This document shows, one piece after another, positions 24,933 through 35,252 of a stretch of 64,000 nucleotides of DNA (the first letter of the stretch is position 1; every line of letters begins with the position of its first letter). The notes beneath the pieces were generated by a model that did not search any database, was not told the origin of the DNA, and was given only the letters and a program-made list of their open reading frames with translations. Source of the DNA: a virus; the IMG/VR virus record IMGVR_UViG_3300030419_007641, positions 32,001-96,000 of that record; one strand, written 5' to 3'. The translations under genes were made by a program, and so were the position numbers.

Positions 24933-25780
24933 TAATAAGATCCATAGATGTCGGTATCATTGACACTCATGTCTAAGACGTCATTCTGAGAACTGTCATC
25001 AATATCATATGGATTAGCCGGCGGCGGGGCATAAGTTTTTCCTTCAGATGACGCCTGATCAGCTAGCGTGCTAGATAATACCCCGCTAAATGAATTGTCA
25101 AATACCTGCTCATTAACTGGTTCGCTTTGCGGCCATTGGTTGCCATCGTCACCGCGAGCAGAAAGACCGCTCTCGAAAGAGTAATTGAATCGTTTGCCTC
25201 TTAATCGGTATATATAGTGGCCTAACACTGGATTTAATGCGGACATGTCCTGCTCCATCCTCTCTGTTACTTGGTACACTACTGTACCTCTTCCATTGGG
25301 ACGGTCGCATCCCAACCCACTCAGGCTAATTAAATCTCCAGCTTTAGGTTCTATGTCTTGATTAAATGATGCATAATCAAAAGCAGCAGATGCCGCAGTT
25401 TGAAATGTACTTATATGAACAAACCCAGTAAATTCGTCTCCGGGATCAAATCCAAATTTAGTTAAGCTCACAGCGTCATCTGAAAGCTGTATATACATTT
25501 GCATTTCAAGAGGACCTTCATATGTTTCAACATTAACACCAGCGTAAGAACCTACATTTTCTCCATATAGTAAGTCAGCTGATAAAGTATTAAAGGTGTT
25601 AACATAGTAGCTAATTGCTATGCCATAATTGTTTATTAAATCACTAAATGCTTGATCATAAACTAATTGCTCTGCTTGTAAATTTCCTGGATTAACAAAC
25701 TTGCCACAAGCAGGTATAGCTGTTGCAGCTAATACCTCATCAGGTGTACAGTTTATTCTATTTTCGTTACATAGGGGCAT
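24929..25780 (-). CDS. gp14: neck / head completion protein, gp14-like
   Basis: YG..I.YY...LYGE; LTKFG...DE...; PKAGDLI; Y.YRL....FNYS.E. Confidence 0.7.
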   Translation of the reverse strand: MPLCNENRINCTPDEVLAATAIPACGKFVNPGNLQAEQLVYDQAFSDLINNYGIAISYYVNTFNTLSADLLYGENVGSYAGVNVETYEGPLEMQMYIQLSDDAVSLTKFGFDPGDEFTGFVHISTFQTAASAAFDYASFNQDIEPKAGDLISLSGLGCDRPNGRGTVVYQVTERMEQDMSALNPVLGHYIYRLRGKRFNYSFESGLSARGDDGNQWPQSEPVNEQVFDNSFSGVLSSTLADQASSEGKTYAPPPANPYDIDDSSQNDVLDMSVNDTDIYGSYY

Positions 25781-25781
25781 T

Positions 25782-26816
25782 TTATTTTACCTCCAATCTA
25801 CCGCACTGGTTTCCTTCCTCATCCTCATACATTTTTACACACACACCAGAATTTCCCAAGCCCTTAACTTGCCCTGGTTCATACTGTACACCATACTCAC
25901 TTAAAGTGTTCAATAGGGGCTGCCCCATCAATAAGATTTGGCCTCCTCCGTTGCGCATTAAGTTCTTAACATGAGGACTTTTATGAGAATATTCTTTTGG
26001 TACGGTGTTTAAATGCTTTTTTTCAGGCCCAACGCTATTCGGGTTTTTACCATTGCGCATATGAGGATTCATAATAGGGTTACCTTGAAAGTATTCAAAA
26101 AATGTCTTAAAGTTTTCCATGTAAATTCTATCATATGATTTAGTAACCTGGTCTATTAAATCCCCTATTACTTGGGTATTACGTAGGACCTTGAACGCTA
26201 AATTTTCAATGCTAAACTCTCCTTCACGAGCCAGTCCTCTCTGTCTCATTTTGCTTATCTTTTCTTTTAGCTTATTTGCCCGGGTATGTAGCTCCCTTGC
26301 CTCGTCTCCCTTTGCAGCAGAAATCTTCTCTGTTAAAATTTCAACCTCTTTTGCTATAGCATTTGCCTTTTTATATACATCTCTTTCATCAATTGAAGGT
26401 GGGTCATATGTTGGCTCGGTAATCCATTCATCATCTCTTATTGAATAGAGTCCAGATGCTACATGTGGCTCATCTTTATCCTGCATATACATCTCAACAT
26501 CATGCCCGTTAAGATTTATATTATGCCTTAAATTCCAAATAAACCGATCACCATCTAATGCCTTTTTAACTAAATCTTCATCCTCATTAATATCTTTAAA
26601 ATCTATCAACACGTGTACATCGAGATCAGAATAGTCGTTGTAGTTATAATTGCTGTTACTACCGGTAAGCGTTATGTCATAAATATCGACATTTTCTAAA
26701 TTTAACTTTTCTATAAAGTCTTTAGAGATTAACAATAGCTTCTCTCTTATATTTGGATCAAACTGTTTATCATCTGACCAAAACTTTTTATTAAGAGTTT
26801 TGTTATAGAACTTCAC
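25782..26816 (-). CDS. DNA-polymerase-beta-superfamily nucleotidyltransferase with an extra C-terminal domain
   Basis: TGSNSNYNYNDYSDLDVHV, VEMY.QD, GEFSIENLAFKVLR. Confidence 0.8.
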   Translation of the reverse strand: MKFYNKTLNKKFWSDDKQFDPNIREKLLLISKDFIEKLNLENVDIYDITLTGSNSNYNYNDYSDLDVHVLIDFKDINEDEDLVKKALDGDRFIWNLRHNINLNGHDVEMYMQDKDEPHVASGLYSIRDDEWITEPTYDPPSIDERDVYKKANAIAKEVEILTEKISAAKGDEARELHTRANKLKEKISKMRQRGLAREGEFSIENLAFKVLRNTQVIGDLIDQVTKSYDRIYMENFKTFFEYFQGNPIMNPHMRNGKNPNSVGPEKKHLNTVPKEYSHKSPHVKNLMRNGGGQILLMGQPLLNTLSEYGVQYEPGQVKGLGNSGVCVKMYEDEEGNQCGRLEVK

Positions 26817-26829
26817 ATCTATATTTATT

Positions 26830-26864
26830 AAAAAAGCCCGAAGAGGGGTAACTCAACGGGCTTT
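26830..26864 (-). terminator. intrinsic terminator after the acidic protein gene
   Basis: AAAGCCCG...CGGGCTTTTTT on the minus strand. Confidence 0.7.
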
Positions 26865-26889
26865 ATTAATTTAAATTTTAATTAAAGAT

Positions 26890-27879
26890 TTAAGCGCCGG
26901 GTATTGGTCCGGGCTTAAGATTACCGACTTTGTTGTTCTTGCCCATGTCTACTGTGTGGTTAAGAGTAGATCCAGCATCAACACCGTACCCTCCACCGTC
27001 TTTCATAGCAAGACCAGTAGCAGGTTTAAGTTTACCAACTTTATTTTTACCACCACGGCCGTAGTCTACTTCGTGCTTAAGAGTAGATCCAGCATCAACT
27101 CCGTATCCACCACCATCTTTCATTACTGCTTCTTCATCCTCTTCAAAGTCCATTGTCTCAGTTTCATCGACTTCTACTTCAGTCTCAACTTCAACTTCTT
27201 GATCATCTAGAGCTGCTTGAAGAATGTCACAGAGGGTTTGTGCTAATTCGCTAGGTAAAGTGACTGCAATATCCTCTGGCTCTTCTTTCTCAATTCCAAG
27301 AGCTTCGAGGTCGTCAGTTTCGGAAAATTCCTCCTCGAAGTCTTCCGACACCATTACCTTGTTATAAAGTTTATCAAATACAGATTGTTTGGCCATAAAA
27401 TTATTTAGGCTCTTCCGGGCGTTTTTCTCGTGTTCTGACAAAATTTCTTCATCTTCTTCATTTTCTCCGGCGCCTTTATTATCTTCCTCTTCTTCATCTT
27501 CCTCTTCTTCATCTTCTTCTGGGCCCCCAACATTACCTGTATATGATACTTGCCCAAATTCCGGTCCTGTTGGCTCTGGCTCCTGATTACCTAGTCCGGG
27601 GTTGTTACCGTCACCGTAAGTAAGACCTTTTATATTATAAAGATTTTCATCTTTTTCTTTATCTGTCATTACATCTATGTCAATTGCTGCTGGCTTAAAA
27701 CCACCGGCAGCTTCAGGTCCGCCTGACTCTAATGGAGCATCGCCAACTTCACCAACTTCACCAACGCGACCCGTCTCTGCTGCGCTGGCCTCTTTTACTA
27801 ACTTTGGTTTTATACCGTTAAGCATATCGCCATATATTGCACCTATAGAATATAAATCCTCTTTACGTTTATCAGACAT
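26890..27879 (-). CDS. highly acidic late protein with C-terminal tandem repeat (scaffold/core-like?)
   Basis: Poly-E/D tracts; MKDGGGYGVDAGSTL occurs twice; TAAATA 5 nt upstream. Confidence 0.75.
   Translation of the reverse strand: MSDKRKEDLYSIGAIYGDMLNGIKPKLVKEASAAETGRVGEVGEVGDAPLESGGPEAAGGFKPAAIDIDVMTDKEKDENLYNIKGLTYGDGNNPGLGNQEPEPTGPEFGQVSYTGNVGGPEEDEEEEDEEEEDNKGAGENEEDEEILSEHEKNARKSLNNFMAKQSVFDKLYNKVMVSEDFEEEFSETDDLEALGIEKEEPEDIAVTLPSELAQTLCDILQAALDDQEVEVETEVEVDETETMDFEEDEEAVMKDGGGYGVDAGSTLKHEVDYGRGGKNKVGKLKPATGLAMKDGGGYGVDAGSTLNHTVDMGKNNKVGNLKPGPIPGA
26960..27123. repeat. imperfect 47-bp direct repeat, period 117 bp
   Basis: ttaagagtagatccagcatcaac...tttcat at 26960..27006 and 27077..27123. 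Confidence 0.85.
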
Positions 27880-27911
27880 GTAATTATTTATGTTTGCAAT
27901 TAAATATTTCT

Positions 27912-29642
27912 GTGGCTAGACAAGATAATATGTTTTATATGGGCAACAAAAATTTGCCCAATGTTAACTGGAAGGGTGAATACACTAAGCAACAAGTAAA
28001 AGATCTTAAAAAGGCTAGTAGTAATATACTGTATTTTGCTGAAAACTTTTTTCATATTGTTAACCTGGATAGAGGAAGAGAAAAAATTAAGCTTTATAAA
28101 CCGCAGAAGAGATCATTAAGGCTTATGCGAGATAATCGGTTCTTTTGTTTACTAGCATCTAGACAGATTGGTAAGTCTACTATGATGTCTATATACATTC
28201 TTTGGCAAGCATGCTTTAATAATGATCAGCGTATCTTATTAGTAGCAAACAAAGAAGCTACTGCAATAGAAATCTTTCAAAGAGTTCGAATGGCATATGA
28301 AGAACTTCCAAACTGGCTCAAACCACCGGTTAAGGAATATGCTAAAACTTCTATGACATTAGAGAACGGTAGTCGGATAGGTATTACAACAACTACCGGT
28401 ACTGCTGCTCGTGGTCAATCTGTTAACTGCTTGGTTATTGATGAGATGGCATTTATTGAGCCTCACTTAGTAGAAGAGTTTTGGAAATCGGTTTTCCCTA
28501 TTATTACTTCTTCTAAAAAATCTAAAGTATTTGTCTGTTCTACAGCCAATGGTACTGATAATTTATTTTACAAATTATATCATGGGGCTATCGAAGGAGA
28601 AAATGGCTGGGCGCATGATAAAATAAAATGGGATGAAATACCAGGTCGCGATAAAGCATGGGCTCAAGCTACTAAAACAGCTATTGGTTCAGCAGATGCA
28701 TGGTTACAAGAATTTGAATGTGAGTTTATTCATTCAGGTGAATCAACACTAGATGATGAACTATTCGAAGAAATGATGCAAAAAGTATCTAAGCCCAAAA
28801 TTTTATTAGATGAAGGTCATTATAAAATTTGGGAAGAACCAGATGACTCTAAATTATATGTCGCAGGTGTTGATATATCAGAAGGTGTTGGTATCGATGC
28901 TTCTGTCATTCAAATACTAGATATTACTGACATAAGAGATATTAAACAAGTAGCTATATATAGAAGCAATAAAATTCCTCCATTAGAGTTTACTAATAGA
29001 GTTTATAAGATTCTTCGAAATTGGGGGTCACCTCTCGCTTTAATAGAGCGAAATAATTGCGGAGCTCAAGTGGTAGATAGGTTAGCTACTGATTTAGGAT
29101 ACGAAAAGATAGTATCATATGGAAATGCTAATGCACACAGACGCAATGTAATGAGAGGGATGATAGCTCATACTAACACAAAATATAAAGGAGTATTAAA
29201 CATGCGCTACTTTATGAATGAAGTGCGTACTGTTAGTATAAATGAAGAAGAAACAGTAATGGAGCTAAGAAACTTTGTCAGATATCCTAATGGTACATGG
29301 AAAGCTCGAGCTGGTTTTCATGACGACCGCGTGATGGCCATGCTTTATGGTCTCTTTATATTAGAGAAAGAAATAACAGAACGATTTTTTGAAATTGTAG
29401 AAGAAGATGATATGGGCAAGCCATTGGTAATAGAGCCGATGGATTTCGGAGTACAGTATTTCGAAGATCCAACATCCATTTATCTAGATGAGGAGATTGT
29501 AGGTAGTAATACTCATTCCTTACCTGCTATAGTTTGGGGCATGGGAGGCGAGCAAAATGCTGATATGAGTGAGCTAGAATCTTTCGGTTTTAAATTAGTT
29601 GGCGAGAAGCCACCAAAAGACTGGCAAGGTCACACACTGTAA
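27912..29642 (+). CDS. gp17: terminase large subunit
   Basis: ASRQIGKST, LVIDEMAF, STANG, QEFECEF, GVDISEG, HDDRVMA; the GTG at 27912 is 5 nt below TAAATA. Confidence 0.96.
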   Translation: MARQDNMFYMGNKNLPNVNWKGEYTKQQVKDLKKASSNILYFAENFFHIVNLDRGREKIKLYKPQKRSLRLMRDNRFFCLLASRQIGKSTMMSIYILWQACFNNDQRILLVANKEATAIEIFQRVRMAYEELPNWLKPPVKEYAKTSMTLENGSRIGITTTTGTAARGQSVNCLVIDEMAFIEPHLVEEFWKSVFPIITSSKKSKVFVCSTANGTDNLFYKLYHGAIEGENGWAHDKIKWDEIPGRDKAWAQATKTAIGSADAWLQEFECEFIHSGESTLDDELFEEMMQKVSKPKILLDEGHYKIWEEPDDSKLYVAGVDISEGVGIDASVIQILDITDIRDIKQVAIYRSNKIPPLEFTNRVYKILRNWGSPLALIERNNCGAQVVDRLATDLGYEKIVSYGNANAHRRNVMRGMIAHTNTKYKGVLNMRYFMNEVRTVSINEEETVMELRNFVRYPNGTWKARAGFHDDRVMAMLYGLFILEKEITERFFEIVEEDDMGKPLVIEPMDFGVQYFEDPTSIYLDEEIVGSNTHSLPAIVWGMGGEQNADMSELESFGFKLVGEKPPKDWQGHTL

Positions 29643-29677
29643 CACAGAACAATAAATAATATAAACGGTAATTACAC

Positions 29678-30268
29678 ATGGCAAAAAATACATACCGGCA
29701 GTCAATGCTAAATAAATCAAGAGCGGACAAGTTTCTACTGGTCTTTGATATACCTCCTATCTTGAAAACGTTTAATAGAAATTGGAATCAAGACCAAGAC
29801 AATAATTCTATTATTAGCGACACGGTTCAATTTTCTATCTTTGGAACTACAGTCCCAGAAATAACTGTTCCTGCCGTCGATAACAGATATGCTGGTAGCA
29901 CTCTATATATTTCTTCTCATTCTAAAAATGCCTACCCACCTGTTAGTGTAAAATTTAACATAGATAATGAATATAAAAATTACTGGGTAATATATCAATG
30001 GCTTAACTTACTACATGATCAAAGAGAAGGTCACTATAATGTTAGAGACATTAATGTAGGAGAAAGTCACCCTTTTAAAAATTATCAAACTGATCTTACA
30101 ATTTTTGGAAAAGATGAATTTAATAATAATAGAATAAAATTTACCTACACTAAGGCATTTCCTACGACCGTAGAGACAATTGACTACGATTATCAAACAT
30201 CTGATGAGGTAACCTCCGGATTTACGTTTGTATACTCCCAACTACACACTGAAGTTATAAATTTTTGA
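29678..30268 (+). CDS. gp3: tail tube terminator, gp3-like
   Basis: Tube-fold pattern P-x-I-T-V..., F-N-I-D-N-E-Y-K-N-Y...W, F...AFPT. Confidence 0.65.
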   Translation: MAKNTYRQSMLNKSRADKFLLVFDIPPILKTFNRNWNQDQDNNSIISDTVQFSIFGTTVPEITVPAVDNRYAGSTLYISSHSKNAYPPVSVKFNIDNEYKNYWVIYQWLNLLHDQREGHYNVRDINVGESHPFKNYQTDLTIFGKDEFNNNRIKFTYTKAFPTTVETIDYDYQTSDEVTSGFTFVYSQLHTEVINF

Positions 30269-30300
30269 AATTATTTGCTTAAGAGCGGATAAATATTCTT

Positions 30301-32718
30301 ATGGCACAGCGTACAATAACTTCCCCGGGCGTAGAACTTTTTGAAACTGATATTACACAAGAAGCGCCCACGCCAGGGGGGACTAATATATATGTCACCG
30401 GATTTGCACAGCAAGGCCCTGTAGAAGAAGTTCTTAGAATAAACTCAAAGCAGGATCTATTACGAATTTACGGTCATCCTACAAATTCACCAGAAAGATA
30501 TTTTTACCATACTATAACTCAATTGTTAGAATCTCCTTCTAACGTCTACACGGCTAGATTACCATATGGTTCTCATCTTGGTGATGGCTATGGATCCAAA
30601 TACGTAGCGCTCGCTTACCCCGTATCAGCAGTTGGTAATAACTATGCAACAGATTATAATACATTAAACTTTTCCGGAAGCGGGGTTTATGTTATAGGCG
30701 CGCCGGCTCACATTGAGCTTACACAAAATCAGTATTTAAGTGCAGTGGCCGGCACATTGTTTGATTGGAGCAATACAGGTGGAGGTGTTAAGGATTTTAA
30801 TCAAGGATCAGGGACTACAGTTAATGGAGTGTTATGTGCTTTAGGAAAAGCCGCAATAATCGTATTAAATAAATCTCAAACTACTATTGATGGAAATTTC
30901 CAGGGATATTATGTAGGTCTACAAGACAATTCTAATCTTAACCCTGCAGCAGATTTTACCAGTATAAAGAATGTTTATTCAGTAGATAAAAATAGTGGAA
31001 CTATTAATTCTGTTCTTTGTGGAAATGAGTATAAAAAGATACCCGCTACAACATTACAATTTGCAACTAGTTCCCCTGCCACAAATGGGTTAAATAATAG
31101 TATTTCCGAAGTAATGGAAAATATTACCGATTATGAAATTGACGGGGCTGGGTCTCGCGATGTATTAAGCCTAGGGGTGTTCAAGCTACGTAAGTCTATT
31201 TTTGCTACAGAAGCATTTAAACTAGATTATGTAGTAGATGACTCATTCGCGGGATCGATAAATTATTTTAGAAAGGAATTAAATCCTGACGGTGGTCCTG
31301 AGACCAGCGACTTTCTCGGTAATAAAAGCGATGCATCAAGAAATGTAAAAGTACTGGTAAACCCATATATATCTAATCAACTATCTGGCGGCGATGCATT
31401 AGACAGCAGTGGTAATCCAACAAAATGGATTAGGATATATAATAGCTCACTAGGCACTTTAATGGAAACCGCAGCTGGTAGAGCTGAGGCAGGGCTAAAT
31501 AATGCTCAATATGTTGACTTATCAGCCAAGCTCGGTGACCCACGGTTGGGATTAAGCGCTTATAACACAGACGTTGGACCTGATGCAGGTCAATTATTCC
31601 CTATCGGGGGGTATGTTGAGCCAATTTCAGATAAGCTTATTGGCGCTCTTCCGGAAAAAATTGACAGAGTTCTTAATAGGATAACTAATGATGAAGTATA
31701 TGATATTGATGTAGTTGTTGAAGGTGGTTTAGGTACTATATACGCTGCTAGTTGTGCAGCAAGTACAGACTATTATGATGAATTTAACACTAACTTATCC
31801 TTACAGCAAGCTGTAAATGGATTAAGAACGTCAGATAGTATATCAGGAGATTCCTTAACTCTTAGAAATAGTTACAACACTATTTTCCAAAAATTTGATA
31901 ACTTCTGCAAACCGCCTTATCTAGCGGGTGGTACTAGAGGTGATTGTATCTTTGTGGCAGATGTAATGCGACAAATTTTAGTAACAGGTCAAAATACAAA
32001 GGTTCTTGATAACAGAGAACTTAACTTCCAAAAAGATATATTATGGCCAATACGCCATCAATTTGAGTCTCAAAACACATCTTACGCAGCTGTTTATGGA
32101 CAATGGGCACAAGTTTTTGATGAGTTTGTAGGTGATCTAGTTTGGGTACCATTTTCAGGATATGCAGCTGCAGCAATGGCTAGGACAGACTCTATTGCTA
32201 ATCCATGGATTGCACCGGCAGGGTTTACCCGCGGGACAATTAATGCGACGGATATAGCAATTAATCCTAATCAGAAGCAAAGAGATGAATTATATAAGAG
32301 CAATATTAACCCGGTAGCGTTCTTCCCAGGTCAGGGGCAAGTTATATTTGGTCAAAAGACACTGAACAAAAAACCAAGCGCGTTTGATAGAATTAATGTA
32401 CGGAGATTATTCTTAGCATTAGAAAGACCTACTAAGAAAGCTTGTAGATTGTTTGTTTTTGAGCAAAATAATGAGTTTACAAGAACTAGAATTGTTAATA
32501 CATTAACCCCTATCTTCGAAAATGCAAAAAATACTGACGGTCTACATGACTACCTAATTGTATGTGATGAAAGAAACAATACTCAAGCGGTTATTAATGC
32601 AAATGAACTTAAAGTCGACATTTATATTAAACCAGTTAGGACAGCTGAATTTATTTTGGTAAGTTTCTATGCTACAAAAACAGATGCAAATTTTGAAGAA
32701 TTAGTATCAGGGTATTAG
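30301..32718 (+). CDS. gp18: tail sheath protein
   Basis: SPGVELFETD, WIAPAGFTRG, RDELYKSNINPV, GQKTL...SAFDRINVRRLFL, CDERNNT. Confidence 0.96.
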   Translation: MAQRTITSPGVELFETDITQEAPTPGGTNIYVTGFAQQGPVEEVLRINSKQDLLRIYGHPTNSPERYFYHTITQLLESPSNVYTARLPYGSHLGDGYGSKYVALAYPVSAVGNNYATDYNTLNFSGSGVYVIGAPAHIELTQNQYLSAVAGTLFDWSNTGGGVKDFNQGSGTTVNGVLCALGKAAIIVLNKSQTTIDGNFQGYYVGLQDNSNLNPAADFTSIKNVYSVDKNSGTINSVLCGNEYKKIPATTLQFATSSPATNGLNNSISEVMENITDYEIDGAGSRDVLSLGVFKLRKSIFATEAFKLDYVVDDSFAGSINYFRKELNPDGGPETSDFLGNKSDASRNVKVLVNPYISNQLSGGDALDSSGNPTKWIRIYNSSLGTLMETAAGRAEAGLNNAQYVDLSAKLGDPRLGLSAYNTDVGPDAGQLFPIGGYVEPISDKLIGALPEKIDRVLNRITNDEVYDIDVVVEGGLGTIYAASCAASTDYYDEFNTNLSLQQAVNGLRTSDSISGDSLTLRNSYNTIFQKFDNFCKPPYLAGGTRGDCIFVADVMRQILVTGQNTKVLDNRELNFQKDILWPIRHQFESQNTSYAAVYGQWAQVFDEFVGDLVWVPFSGYAAAAMARTDSIANPWIAPAGFTRGTINATDIAINPNQKQRDELYKSNINPVAFFPGQGQVIFGQKTLNKKPSAFDRINVRRLFLALERPTKKACRLFVFEQNNEFTRTRIVNTLTPIFENAKNTDGLHDYLIVCDERNNTQAVINANELKVDIYIKPVRTAEFILVSFYATKTDANFEELVSGY

Positions 32719-32738
32719 ACACTTGATTAAATACTATT

Positions 32739-33317
32739 ATGGCAGCAAATATCCAAGACTTTTATCAAAGAGCTCAAGCTGGGTTCTCGCGAGATTTTTC
32801 CTTTAGAATTAAAACAATTTCCTGGGGAATAGAAGGTCTTGAAGACTTTAGCGGAGATAGAGAACTAGTATATGCGCGATCAGCCACATTCCCGGGGCGT
32901 AGTATACAAGATAAAACAGTCAACTTTGCTGGGCAAGAATTTCACTTAGGTGGTAAGGCAGATTATTCTGGATCGAGTGGCTGGGGTATAGACTTTTATT
33001 GTGACGAAGAGTGCTCTCTACGCGGTCTCTTAGAAAAAGTGTCTCGAAGTATATTTGGAACAGAAGATGGAAATATTAATGCCCCACCTATAGGCACCGG
33101 AGCGTATGGAATTGGGCAAGGGACTATAAATTTAGAGGTTATAGATAAAAGCTTAGAACCAGTTAGCGAGATTAAACTAATCGGGACACAGCTTAGAGAC
33201 CTAGGCGATATTAGTTATGCTATCGCTGATGGGTCAGGTGAGGTTCAAACATTTGATGCGACCTTCGCCTATCAGTGGTATCAAATACCAACTATAGGGG
33301 AATTTGGAGACGCGTAA
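32739..33317 (+). CDS. gp19: tail tube protein gp19-like, paralog 1
   Basis: SATFPGR...VNFAG.EF..GG...Y..W.IDFYCD...TFAYQW. Confidence 0.8.
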   Translation: MAANIQDFYQRAQAGFSRDFSFRIKTISWGIEGLEDFSGDRELVYARSATFPGRSIQDKTVNFAGQEFHLGGKADYSGSSGWGIDFYCDEECSLRGLLEKVSRSIFGTEDGNINAPPIGTGAYGIGQGTINLEVIDKSLEPVSEIKLIGTQLRDLGDISYAIADGSGEVQTFDATFAYQWYQIPTIGEFGDA

Positions 33318-33358
33318 TTAGAGCTGTAAGGTAATATAGCTGCCGATTAAATATATAT

Positions 33359-33877
33359 ATGGCGGCAAATATTCAAGACTTTTATGAGAGAGCAAAGCTC
33401 GACTTCTCTCGTGATATATCTCTTAGATTGTTGTCGCTTATGGGCATACCGTTCAATGATATAATTCTAGCTAGGACGGCGAGTTTACCAGGACGTATAA
33501 TAGAAGATAAAATAGTTAACTATAAGGGAACCGAATTTCATTATGGTGGTAAAGCAACCTATTCACAAGCTGACGGCTGGCCGGTAGAGTTTTATTGCGA
33601 CATGTCGTGTGATTTAAGGGCTCGACTTGACACAATGTCCTTTCAAACATGGAACTCAAATACAGGTACAGGGGCGACAAGTCTTGGCGGTGATACCATA
33701 ATATTACAAGTACTCGACAAAAAATTTGCACCTCAATTATTCCTTACATTACATGACGCTCAAATTAGAAATATTGGCGACGTTAACTATTCTATTGCTG
33801 ATGGCACTGGTGAGGTAGTTAATTTTCAAACAACATTTGCATATTCAAGATATTCGATGGTAAGTATAAATAATTAA
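33359..33877 (+). CDS. gp19: tail tube protein gp19-like, paralog 2
   Basis: MAANIQDFY and IGDVNYSIADGTGEV are shared with paralog 1. Confidence 0.8.
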   Translation: MAANIQDFYERAKLDFSRDISLRLLSLMGIPFNDIILARTASLPGRIIEDKIVNYKGTEFHYGGKATYSQADGWPVEFYCDMSCDLRARLDTMSFQTWNSNTGTGATSLGGDTIILQVLDKKFAPQLFLTLHDAQIRNIGDVNYSIADGTGEVVNFQTTFAYSRYSMVSINN

Positions 33878-33878
33878 T

Positions 33879-34406
33879 ATGGCAACACCACAACAGTTTC
33901 CAGGAGCCGTTGGGCAATTACCTCAGCCCTTTTTATGGGAGGTGGAATTGACGATGCCTGAAGGTGTCCCCGGGCTTGATGGTAATTTGGGCAATAAGCC
34001 GGCATTTCTAGCACAAGAGGTGACGATACCTAACGAATCAAGCACATTTGCAGAATTTGGGCAAGAAAACAGAGGTGGATTTTTACCCGGGTACGGTCTT
34101 ATGCAAAGAGAGAGCTTTTTAACAAGAACTGTATCTATTAATTTTTTAGAAACTGTGGGCACAGATATTGAACATAATTATCTTAGACCTTGGATGATAG
34201 CTATAGGTAGAGATGGCCTAGTAAATGGTATATACAGAGGTTCTATTACAGTAAAACAACAGAGTAATGACGGTGGTCAACATAAAGGATATCAATTTAG
34301 TCATGTGTTTCCTACGAACTGCGAAGGGTTTACAGTAAACTACGGCTCACAAGACTTCCTAGCCAAAACAGTTACCTTTTCATGTAGGGATTACCGTTTG
34401 ATCTAG
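33879..34406 (+). CDS. tube-fold protein (gp19/gp54-like)
   Basis: EVTIP..., FLET...W, Y.FSHVFPT, VTFS. Confidence 0.6.
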   Translation: MATPQQFPGAVGQLPQPFLWEVELTMPEGVPGLDGNLGNKPAFLAQEVTIPNESSTFAEFGQENRGGFLPGYGLMQRESFLTRTVSINFLETVGTDIEHNYLRPWMIAIGRDGLVNGIYRGSITVKQQSNDGGQHKGYQFSHVFPTNCEGFTVNYGSQDFLAKTVTFSCRDYRLI

Positions 34407-34449
34407 AGACTATCGTTTGCTTAATTAATACTTTAATATAATTATTATA

Positions 34450-35244
34450 ATGGAACTTGCTCTACACCTTCCTAATAATAAGGAAGTGATTGCCCGAGAA
34501 TTTGTTTATAAAGACCTAAAACAATTAATTTATTTAAAAGATTCTTCTTTGGCATGCTCAACTAAATTTTTAGAATCTTTTATTTGTACTAAAAATTTAA
34601 ACGTATTAGAAAAGTTTTCAGCGCTGATACTTTTAAGAAAACGATGTGTGGGTGATAATATCACTATGAACTCTGATAAGGGTGGCATTCAAATAAATTT
34701 AGACTTTATTCTAAAAAATATTGGCGGTGCACAAGAAATTAAAAAACATGTCGATATTAACGATGTAAAGTATGTTCTTAATTACCCGAGCCGATTTAAT
34801 TTAGGAGATTCAGATTCGATATTCTCTTTAATCGAAAGCATACAAATTGGTGACGAAAGAATTACCACTGGCGAGCTAACTAGTGAAGAATTTAATCAAC
34901 TGGTTAATTCTTTACCTAAACAACTTCTACCACATTTAAGTGACTATCTAGATAAGACACAAAGATTTTTTAATATAAATGTTTGGGCGAAAAGAGAGAA
35001 GGTAAGTATAGATGAATTAAGCTTGAACGTTCTTTCTACGGATCTGCCAGCATTTTTAATATCTATTTTTAATGTTATGGTAGAATCCGACTACAGAGAA
35101 TTTCTTTTTGCTTTATCTCACAGGATACCAGATATGGCTTTTTTAACCAACTGCACCTTTAAGGAAATAGAAGATTTCTATAGCTTATATGAACGAGAAA
35201 TTAACAATCGAGATGCTAACTTGCAATCTAGTTCCGCTAATTAA
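34450..35244 (+). CDS. baseplate hub assembly protein (gp26-like)
   Basis: Position; L..LR...VG pattern; YPS. Confidence 0.5.
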   Translation: MELALHLPNNKEVIAREFVYKDLKQLIYLKDSSLACSTKFLESFICTKNLNVLEKFSALILLRKRCVGDNITMNSDKGGIQINLDFILKNIGGAQEIKKHVDINDVKYVLNYPSRFNLGDSDSIFSLIESIQIGDERITTGELTSEEFNQLVNSLPKQLLPHLSDYLDKTQRFFNINVWAKREKVSIDELSLNVLSTDLPAFLISIFNVMVESDYREFLFALSHRIPDMAFLTNCTFKEIEDFYSLYEREINNRDANLQSSSAN

Positions 35245-35252
35245 ATATTTTT

